This document shows, one piece after another, positions 36,417 to 43,646 of a DNA stretch of 64,000 nt. Below the pieces are notes generated by a model. It was not told where the DNA came from. It searched no databases and worked only from the letters and a program-made list of their open reading frames with translations. The DNA is from Thermoleophilia bacterium (GTDB lineage Bacteria; Actinomycetota; Thermoleophilia; Miltoncostaeales; Miltoncostaeaceae): positions 91,878 to 155,877 of the forward strand of contig JBFWPT010000003.1 in the NCBI GenBank assembly GCA_050249835.1. The letters run 5' to 3'. Position 1 is the stretch's first letter; each line of letters begins with the position of its first letter. Position numbers and translations under genes: made by a program.

Positions 36417-38201
36417 TCAGATCCGGAGCGCCCGAGCCCGGGTGAGGGCGGTGCGGGCGAGTGCGTCGGTGAGCCGCATGTCATCGAGGGTGAGGCGACC
36501 GGTGTTGCGCTGGCGGGGGATCGTCACGGTGCGGACGGGTGCGCCCCTGCGCCGTTCGATGCGGGCGGCGCGGGTGATCGCGGCGCGGGCGATGCGGCGG
36601 GTGATGGTGAGTTCGCGGCGGGTGAGTGCCCGGACGGGGCGGGTGGTGAGGTCGTGCGGTGCGGCTCGGCGGGTGAGGCGGGCCTCGATGGCGGTGACGC
36701 GGCGGAGGGCCTGGACGGCGATGCGGCGGGTGGTCCGCATCTGGGTGAGGGTGAGGCGGACCCGTCCCCGGTCGGCGCGGGACGGGGCGGGTGGTGCGGT
36801 CCTGCCCACCCCGGGCCCGGTGGTGGGGGTGTCGGTGGGCTGTGGCGTCCCGGGTTGGGAGGGGATGCCGGCGGCTGCGAGGGCGGCATCGGCGTTGAGG
36901 ATCCCGGCGCCGTAGTCGTCGTCGTGGCCGGTGGGGCCGCGGTCGGTGGCTGTGCGGCGGAGGATGTCGATGACCTCGGCGGGAGTGATGCCGGGGCGTG
37001 CCCCCGTGAGGAGGGCGGCGACGCCGGCGGCGTGGGGGGCGGCCATCGACGTGCCGCTCTTCTGCTGGTACCGGCCGCCGGGGACGGTGGAGGTGATCCC
37101 GACGCCGGGTGCGGTGATGTCGGGCTTGGCGAGGCGGGTGCCGGCGGTCGGCCCGGTGCCGTCGGGGTCGCCCCAGATGACGGGGCCGCGGGCGGAGAAC
37201 GCCGCGATCCGGTCGGCCGGGTCGGTGGCGCCGACGGCGAGGGACTCGGGGTAGTCGGCGGGGCTCGAGATGGTGGTGGGGCCGGGGCCGGTGTTGCCCG
37301 CGGCGAACACGGGGACGATCCCGAGGCTGACCCACTGTTGGACCATGGGGCGGAACCAGGGGTCGCCGGAGGGGGATGACCAGGAGTTGTTGATCACCTG
37401 GGGGTGGTCGGCGGTGGCGGGGTTGCCGTCCGGGTCGGTGAGCCATTGGGCGGCGGCGAGGATGGCGCTGCCCCGTCCCTGGCCGTCGGCGCCGATCGCC
37501 TTGGCGACCACGACCCGGGCGCCGGGTGCGACCCCGATCGGGGTCGCGCCGGGGGCCTGGCCGACCATCGTCCCGATGGTGTGGGTGCCGTGGCCGTTGT
37601 CGTCGTATGGGGTGGGGGCGCCGTTGACGAAGTCCCGCCAACCGACGATCCGGCCGGCGAGGGCGGGGTGGGCGGCGTCGACGCCGGTGTCGATGCTGCC
37701 GATCACGGTTCCCGTGCCCGTCTGGCCGCGGCCACCCCAGGCCCGCGGGGCGCCGATCCGCGGCAGGCCCCAGAAGGATCCGGTGGACGCCGACGCGGCG
37801 GACGCGGGGGTTGCCTGGGTGCGGATGGGAGGGTCGATCGCGACCCGCTCCACCTGGCTGTGGCCGTTGAGCCGTTGGATCTCGGTGGGGGTGGCGCGGG
37901 TGGCGATCGCGTTGACGAGCCAGAACCGGCGGTCGCCGGCGCGGGTGAGCGCGGCGACCGGGTCCTGGGTGCGGGCGGCGGTACGGCGGAGGGACCTGAT
38001 CCGGTCCCGCGGCGACGCGACGTCGGCGGCGGGATCGACCTGGGCACGTAGGAGGACGATCACCGGCACGCTCGCCTCGGCCGGCGCGGGCGTCGTGTCG
38101 GCACCCGCCACTGCGGTGGCGGGTGCGGCAGCCGCGGCCAGGCACAGGGCGGCGGCCGCGAGGATGCGGTGCGGGCGGGGTCGGTTCTCTCGGGTGGGCA
38201 T
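36417..38201 (-). CDS. secreted S8 (subtilisin-like) serine peptidase with Arg-rich repeat tail
   Basis: Signal ILAAAALCLAAAAAPATAVA; I9-like propeptide; triad contexts GSIDTGVD, HGTHTIG, GTSMAAPHAAG; C-terminal ~115 aa with three RLT-type repeats. Confidence 0.93.
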   Translation of the reverse strand: MPTRENRPRPHRILAAAALCLAAAAAPATAVAGADTTPAPAEASVPVIVLLRAQVDPAADVASPRDRIRSLRRTAARTQDPVAALTRAGDRRFWLVNAIATRATPTEIQRLNGHSQVERVAIDPPIRTQATPASAASASTGSFWGLPRIGAPRAWGGRGQTGTGTVIGSIDTGVDAAHPALAGRIVGWRDFVNGAPTPYDDNGHGTHTIGTMVGQAPGATPIGVAPGARVVVAKAIGADGQGRGSAILAAAQWLTDPDGNPATADHPQVINNSWSSPSGDPWFRPMVQQWVSLGIVPVFAAGNTGPGPTTISSPADYPESLAVGATDPADRIAAFSARGPVIWGDPDGTGPTAGTRLAKPDITAPGVGITSTVPGGRYQQKSGTSMAAPHAAGVAALLTGARPGITPAEVIDILRRTATDRGPTGHDDDYGAGILNADAALAAAGIPSQPGTPQPTDTPTTGPGVGRTAPPAPSRADRGRVRLTLTQMRTTRRIAVQALRRVTAIEARLTRRAAPHDLTTRPVRALTRRELTITRRIARAAITRAARIERRRGAPVRTVTIPRQRNTGRLTLDDMRLTDALARTALTRARALRI

Positions 38202-38333
38202 GCCCCGCGCATCGGGGCCGGCGGGCACATCCCGTTACAGCCGGCGGCAGGGAATCCCACGGGGAGGTTCCCCGGCGACCCCCGTCGCGAGGAACCTGCC
38301 CCGGGGCGTCATGCCCGGCGGGGGTGGCGCCCG

Positions 38334-38858
38334 ATGGGCCGCACCATGCAGACCTCATCGATCCTCCGTGCCCTTGTCCTTCCCGCCGTGGTCGCCGCTG
38401 CGGCTGTCGCGTCCGCGGGCCACGCCGACGCCGCCCCGCCGACGGGTGACCGTGCCGCCGTGAGCCCTGAGCGGGCGGTGCTGGTGGAGATCAACCGCGT
38501 CCGCACCCGCCACCACCGCAGGCCGCTCGCCGGGTCGCCGCTGCTCACAGCCCCCGCCCGGTCCCACAGCCGCCACCTCGCCACCACCGGCACCCTCACC
38601 CACGAGGACGCCAAGGGCGCCCCCTTCTGGCAGCGGCTGGTCGCCGCCGGCTACCCGCGCAACCGGCGGATGGCGGAGAACCTCGCCCGGCTGAGCGACT
38701 GCCGCACCAGCCTCGCCCGTCAGACGGTCCGGCTGTGGATGGGCAGCCCACCCCACCGGGCGAACCTCCTCGACCCGCGCATGCGACGCGTCGGCATCGG
38801 CGTCGCCCGCCTCGACGGCTGCCGCGAGACGGTCGTCACCGCCGCTTTCGGCTCCTGA
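38334..38858 (+). CDS. secreted CAP/SCP (PR-1-like) domain protein
   Basis: ATG 38334; signal ILRALVLPAVVAAAAVASAGHADA; VLVEINRVRTRHHRRPL ... HSRHL ... MAENLA ... WMGSPPHRANLLDP. Confidence 0.85.
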   Translation: MGRTMQTSSILRALVLPAVVAAAAVASAGHADAAPPTGDRAAVSPERAVLVEINRVRTRHHRRPLAGSPLLTAPARSHSRHLATTGTLTHEDAKGAPFWQRLVAAGYPRNRRMAENLARLSDCRTSLARQTVRLWMGSPPHRANLLDPRMRRVGIGVARLDGCRETVVTAAFGS

Positions 38859-38900
38859 CGGCCCCGCCCCCCGGCAGGAGCCGGGGGGTCTGCCGGCACG

Positions 38901-39509
38901 TCACAGGTCGGCGTCGTCCCCCGCCGGGATGCGGCGGTGCAGGTCCGCGATGGCGTGCACCAGCCCGCGGGCGGTGACCGCCGCCGGCGCCGGCCTGCCG
39001 AGCTGCCCCGCCAGGGACGCGACCCACCGCACCGTCGCCTCCGGTGGGTCCGCGTCCGGGTCCTCGAACGCCAACTCCAAGGCCTGCGCGCCCGCGGCCC
39101 GCAACTCGCCCCGCACCAAGGTCAGGTCCACCTCCCGCGGCTGGGCGCGGCTCGGGCGGAGCCGCTTGCTGTAGTCCCGCAGCGGCCGCGTCCCGGCGCG
39201 CCGCACCAGTGCCCGCCCGTTCGGCGAGTCGCAGAAGCGCAGGGCGATCAGGATCGACCCGGTCTCCGACACCGCCCGCCGGACGATGTCGGCCTCCCGG
39301 TCCACCACCTCCCCCGACGGCAGCTCCACGCTCACCCCCACCTGGTGCTCGAGGAACGTGAGCGGCTCCCACAACTCGACCAGCAGCCCGCTAATCGACA
39401 CGTCCCGGCTGCGGCCGCGGACCTCCCCCGCCCGGGCGGACAGGACCACCGGGGCATCCAGCGGCAGACGCGCCTCGGCCCGGCGTTCACCCACCCCCGC
39501 GCCGCTCAC
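38901..39509 (-). CDS. PilZ-domain protein (putative c-di-GMP receptor)
   Basis: ERRAEARLPL (RxxxR) and DVSISGLLV (D/NxSxxG) motifs in the N-terminal 45 aa; GTG start. Confidence 0.78.
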   Translation of the reverse strand: MSGAGVGERRAEARLPLDAPVVLSARAGEVRGRSRDVSISGLLVELWEPLTFLEHQVGVSVELPSGEVVDREADIVRRAVSETGSILIALRFCDSPNGRALVRRAGTRPLRDYSKRLRPSRAQPREVDLTLVRGELRAAGAQALELAFEDPDADPPEATVRWVASLAGQLGRPAPAAVTARGLVHAIADLHRRIPAGDDADL

Positions 39510-40191
39510 GGCAGCGGTCCGCGGTCCTCGCGGACGACAGCGGGCCGAAGCCGCCGAGGGAGAGCAGGGACACGGGCAACGGCAGACGACGACATCCGTC
39601 GCATACGGCCTCCTCGAATGAGCCCCAGGCGCGTGGCGGGGCGGTTGTCCGGATTTCAGGGACGAAAACGGCCTGAGCCGCCCGTCAGACCCTTACCACC
39701 CAGGGAGGAGTCGAAAGTTGTTTCTATCCCCGGCCGATCGCGTAAACACGATCACAAGGATCACGGCCTCGCCCCGACGATATCCCCCGCCCCGGACCGT
39801 TCAGCCCGCCGAACAGCCGCCCGATGGACGGACAAGTGCCCACGGACCACGGAGGACCCGCCCTCCGCCGTCCGGGCGTCGGGAAGGAACCCGGCGCGGG
39901 CGTCACGGACGGCGACGGGTGGCACGCCGGTGCCCTCGGTGTGCCACCCGCAGCAGGACCCGGAGCACAGGATCCGCGGCGGGCTCGACGGGCCGAAGCC
40001 GCTCGACACGCTCACACCCCCGAGGGTGGGCGAGCTTCGCTGGCTCACCTCTGAGGCCCTGGCGGCGACGATGGTGTGGACCCTCATCACGCTGGGGTCG
40101 GCGCAGGGTTGCGGCGGCGATCGGATGAAGGGCGACGGCGGGAGTCGCAACCCACGGCGCGGACGGGCGCGCCGCGCGTCCGGGTGGACCC

Positions 40192-40197
40192 TAGATT
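40192..40197 (+). promoter_or_regulatory. -10-like hexamer TAGATT directly upstream of leaderless nuclease start
   Basis: TAGATT ends 6 nt before ATG 40204; no SD; same hexamer (TAGATTGCCG) upstream of 20602..21612. Confidence 0.45.
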
Positions 40198-40203
40198 GCC
40201 GGC

Positions 40204-40752
40204 ATGGCCGAACCCCGCGTGCTGCGCGGACTCCTGGTCGCGGCGGCCGTCCTGGCGGCCGCCGTGCCCGCCCACGGCGCCTCGCTCGGCGGCACGGTCT
40301 CGGACGTCGTGGACGGGGACACCATCAAGGTGGTCTCCCGGGGCTTCGAGACGCCGGTCCGGCTCATCGGCATCGACACGCCGGAGACGCGCGCCCCGGG
40401 GGTGGTGGTGCAGTGCTTCGGGCCGGCGGCCTCCCGGCGCCTGGCGAACCTCCTGCCGCTCGGTAGCCGGGTGATCCTCGTCACCGACCCGACCCAGGAC
40501 GTCCGCGACCGCTACGGCCGCCTGCTCGCCTACGTGTACCGGCCGGGGTCGAAGGGGCCGGCGGGCTCGGTCAATTGGTCGCTGGTGCGGAGCGGGCACG
40601 CGAAGGTCTACGTGTACGGCGGCGTGCGCTTCCGGCACGCGGTGCCGTTCTTCCGGGCGCAGAACCGGGCGCGGCGGGCGGACGCCGGCCTGTGGGGGCC
40701 GCCGTGCCACGGGGACACGGAGAAGCCCGACCCGTCCGCCCGCCGGCGTTAG
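40204..40752 (+). CDS. secreted thermonuclease (SNase/micrococcal nuclease-like)
   Basis: Signal LLVAAAVLAAAVPAHGAS; VVDGDTIKV ... VRLIGIDTPET ... DRYGRLLAYVY ... GHAKVY SNase motifs. Confidence 0.9.
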   Translation: MAEPRVLRGLLVAAAVLAAAVPAHGASLGGTVSDVVDGDTIKVVSRGFETPVRLIGIDTPETRAPGVVVQCFGPAASRRLANLLPLGSRVILVTDPTQDVRDRYGRLLAYVYRPGSKGPAGSVNWSLVRSGHAKVYVYGGVRFRHAVPFFRAQNRARRADAGLWGPPCHGDTEKPDPSARRR

Positions 40753-41219
40753 TCGCCGGCCCGGCCCGCGGGGACGATCACGACGGGGCAGGGGGCGGAG
40801 GCGAGGGCGGCGCGGGAGACGCTGCCGAGTACGGCGCGGGCGACGCCCCCGAGGCCGCGCGAGCCCAGGACCACGAACGCGGCGTCCCGGTCGCGGGCCA
40901 GGGCGAGCAGCACGGGTGCGGGCGCGCCGATCTCCACGTGCCGGTCGTGGCCGTCCGCGGGGAGATCGGCCAGCAGGTCCTCCAGGAGCCGCTCCCCCGC
41001 GGCCACCGACCCGGCGCGCAGCTCGTCGAGGAGGCCGGGCGGGTAGGAGACGCCGATCGGGGGCGGGCGCGGGACCATCAGGGGCCGGGCGGCGTGGGCC
41101 ACCACGAGCCTCAGGTCCAGGGCGCCGGCCAGGTCGCGGGCGACGCCGAGGCCGGCGCGCGCCGCGGGGGAGTCGTCCACGCCGCAGACCACGGTGCGGG
41201 GGCTCGGGGAGGCGTCCAT
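40749..41219 (-). CDS. universal stress protein
   Basis: ATG 41219; VVCGVDDSPAA ... FVVLGSRGLGGVARAVLGSVSRAALASAPCPVVIV (UspA ATP-binding-type motif). Confidence 0.88.
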   Translation of the reverse strand: MDASPSPRTVVCGVDDSPAARAGLGVARDLAGALDLRLVVAHAARPLMVPRPPPIGVSYPPGLLDELRAGSVAAGERLLEDLLADLPADGHDRHVEIGAPAPVLLALARDRDAAFVVLGSRGLGGVARAVLGSVSRAALASAPCPVVIVPAGRAGD

Positions 41220-41344
41220 GCGCCCATGGTGGGGAGCGAGGCGGCGCGGGGGTATGGGGCCGCGCATCCATATCGCCCGCCGCGCGACCTGATTCCCCGG
41301 CCGGACTGCTGGAGCGCGGCGGGGCGCGTGCCGAGGGACGGGGC

Positions 41345-41632
41345 ATGGCGACGACACGAGGGCGCGTGCGGGCGGCCGGGCTCGCCGTGGCGGTGCTGCT
41401 GCTGGCGGCCGGGGTCTACGCCGACCAGACCGACGCCACCCGGCACTGCCTCGGGTTCGCCCCCGTCGAGTCCACGTCCGCCGAGGACATCTACGCCAGC
41501 ATCTGCGCGCTCACGACGTCCGGCCCCTTCACGGTGGACACGGCGCGGTGGTGGATCCTCGGCGGGGTCGCCCTCGCCGTGGTCACGTTCGCGGCGACCG
41601 CCCGTCGGCGTATCGTGCGCCGGTCCGCGTAG
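41345..41632 (+). CDS. small protein with signal peptide and C-terminal TM
   Basis: ATG 41345; AAGLAVAVLLLAAGVYA; C-terminal WWILGGVALAVVTFAATARRR. Confidence 0.55.
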   Translation: MATTRGRVRAAGLAVAVLLLAAGVYADQTDATRHCLGFAPVESTSAEDIYASICALTTSGPFTVDTARWWILGGVALAVVTFAATARRRIVRRSA

Positions 41633-42357
41633 GCCCGCGATGGGAGCCGCCCGTCCCCCCGCTCACACGCCACGGATGGGCCCTTGTCGCGGTCGGCGTC
41701 GCCGCGGGGATCACCTACTGCGGGTTCCTCGTCTACGCGGTGTGGCCGGCCGACGGCTTCTCGTGGGTCACGTCGATCATCAGCGAGATGGAGGCGGAGG
41801 GGGCGCCCCACGGGCTCACGCTGCGCATCCTCGACGCCGTGTCGGCCGTCCTGACGCTCGTCCTGGTGCCCTGGTTGTGGTGGGCGTTCCCGGCGGACGT
41901 GTTCGGCCGGATCGCGGTGTGGGGGGTCGGCGTGTTCGGGGTCTTCGGGATCCCGGCGGGGCTCGTCCCGCTGCCGTGCCACGCCGCGGAGCAGGACTGC
42001 AGGCTCACGGCGGCCGAGGAGGTGCAGTCGAACATCCACGACGGGACCAGCATCATCTCGACAACGGCCCTCATCATCGGGGCGGCCGCGGCCGCGTGGG
42101 CGCTGCGCCGGACCGGGCCCCGGTGGATGGTGCGCGCCGGCTGGGTCACCGTGGCCGTCCAGATCCTCACCGGGCTGGGCTTCGCGGCCGCCTGGTTCGC
42201 CGACTCGGACGACGTGAGCGGCGTCCTGCAGCGCATCGAGGTGGTCGGGATCGGGGCCTGGGTCGCGTGCCTCGGGATCTACGCGGCCACGCACGGCATC
42301 CCGGCGCGCGCGCGGCGGCGCGGCGGGCCGGCGGGGGACGTCCGACCGGCGGGGTAG
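41548..42357 (+). CDS. DUF998-like integral membrane protein
   Basis: About 6 TM; only in-frame starts are GTG 41548/41551 (overlaps previous ORF by ~85 nt), so start uncertain. Confidence 0.7.
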   Translation: MVDPRRGRPRRGHVRGDRPSAYRAPVRVGPRWEPPVPPLTRHGWALVAVGVAAGITYCGFLVYAVWPADGFSWVTSIISEMEAEGAPHGLTLRILDAVSAVLTLVLVPWLWWAFPADVFGRIAVWGVGVFGVFGIPAGLVPLPCHAAEQDCRLTAAEEVQSNIHDGTSIISTTALIIGAAAAAWALRRTGPRWMVRAGWVTVAVQILTGLGFAAAWFADSDDVSGVLQRIEVVGIGAWVACLGIYAATHGIPARARRRGGPAGDVRPAG

Positions 42358-42397
42358 CGTCCGCCCCGATGGGACCGGGGGGCGGGGGACGACGACC

Positions 42398-42652
42398 GTG
42401 GTGACCGGCACGCAGGACGTGCGCGGCGGGGCGTGGAGCGACGCGGCCCTCGAGGCCGGGTGCTTCGCGATCGTCCCCGACGACGGCCCGCCCTTCGTCT
42501 GCCGCACCCGGCAGGAACTGCTCGCCGTGCTGGCGTGCGACTACATCGGGCGCAGCGACTACGGGGTCGCCTGGCGCACCTGGGAGGGCACCGTGGAGCG
42601 GCGACGCGCCGGCCGCATCGAGCCGTCCTGGGGCATCGCCCCCATCGCCTGA
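42398..42652 (+). CDS. hypothetical protein (84 aa)
   Basis: GTG start; very high GC3; no recognised family. Confidence 0.55.
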   Translation: MVTGTQDVRGGAWSDAALEAGCFAIVPDDGPPFVCRTRQELLAVLACDYIGRSDYGVAWRTWEGTVERRRAGRIEPSWGIAPIA

Positions 42653-42657
42653 CCCGC

Positions 42658-42846
42658 ATGGACGCCTGCCCGCTCTGCGGCGGACCCCTGATGGACATCC
42701 GCGCGAAGGCCGTCTGCGCGCGCTGCGGCCGCATCGCCGAGGGCTGCTGCGAGGGCGCGCCCGAGGGGGTCTGCGCCCCCTCGGGGGTCGTGCGGGCCCC
42801 GGGGCCCGGGACCCATGACACGGACGGGGGCCCGGGCCGGCGCTAG
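42658..42846 (+). CDS. small Cys-rich zinc-ribbon-like protein (62 aa)
   Basis: MDACPLCGG ... CARCGRIAEGCCEG ... C: CxxC-N14-CxxC plus CC; high GC3. Confidence 0.6.
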   Translation: MDACPLCGGPLMDIRAKAVCARCGRIAEGCCEGAPEGVCAPSGVVRAPGPGTHDTDGGPGRR

Positions 42847-42882
42847 GGTCGGTGGGTCCGGTCCGTCCCGACGCGGAGCCCC

Positions 42883-43512
42883 GTGCCACCCTCGCGCCGC
42901 CCCCGAAGCACCCGCGTCCTCGTGCTCGTCGCCTCGCTGGCGGCCGCCGTCGCGGCGCTCGGCATCGTGCTGCTCGGGGTCTCGTCCGGCGGCGGGGGAG
43001 GGGACGCCTACAACGCGTCGGCCATCAACCCGAGCCGGCCGGCCCCCGCCACCACCGGCACCGCGTACGACGGGACGCCCGTGGACGCGCCCACCCCGGG
43101 CCGGCCCGCGGTCGTCACCTTCCTCTTCGCCAACTGCCCGGACGTGTGCCCGACGATCGCGGCGGTGCTCGCCACGTCCCTCGACGACCTCGGCGCGGAC
43201 GCGGACGAGCTCGATGTGATCGCGGTCTCGGTGGACCCGGAGGGGGACACGCCGGAGGCCGTCGGGGGCTTCCTCGACCGCTTCAACCTGGACGGGCGGA
43301 TGCAGTACATCACCGGCACCCGCGCGGAGCTGACGCCCCTCTGGAAGGAGTGGTTCGTGCTGGCCCAGGAGGAGGGGGCGGACGCCTCCACGCACTCCGC
43401 CCGCGTCGTGCTCATCGACCGCGACGGCCGCCAGGTGGCGTCCTACGCGGCGGGGGTGCCCGTGCCCGTCGCCGACATGACCGAGGACCTGCGCACGCTC
43501 ATCGCCTCCTGA
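42883..43512 (+). CDS. SCO1/SenC family copper chaperone (thioredoxin fold)
   Basis: N-terminal TM; FLFANCPDVCP (CxxxC) and downstream H (STHSARVVLID). Confidence 0.9.
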   Translation: MPPSRRPRSTRVLVLVASLAAAVAALGIVLLGVSSGGGGGDAYNASAINPSRPAPATTGTAYDGTPVDAPTPGRPAVVTFLFANCPDVCPTIAAVLATSLDDLGADADELDVIAVSVDPEGDTPEAVGGFLDRFNLDGRMQYITGTRAELTPLWKEWFVLAQEEGADASTHSARVVLIDRDGRQVASYAAGVPVPVADMTEDLRTLIAS

Positions 43513-43646
43513 GGGGCCGCGACGCCCCGACGGGGGTGTCGCAACGGGGCTGACGCCATGGCGGGGCGGGTGGCGGGATGGTATGAGAGTCCACCCCCCG
43601 GCGCCGGACGCCCGGAGGGCACCGACACGCACCGCCCGGAGGACCC

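Noticed and set aside
39718-40128. 136-aa TTG-initiated ORF with a good SD in the long intergenic region
   Set aside because: The product is about 30% Arg plus Pro/Ser/Gly with no hydrophobic core. It looks like a non-coding frame. It is kept only as part of the unexplained-region finding.
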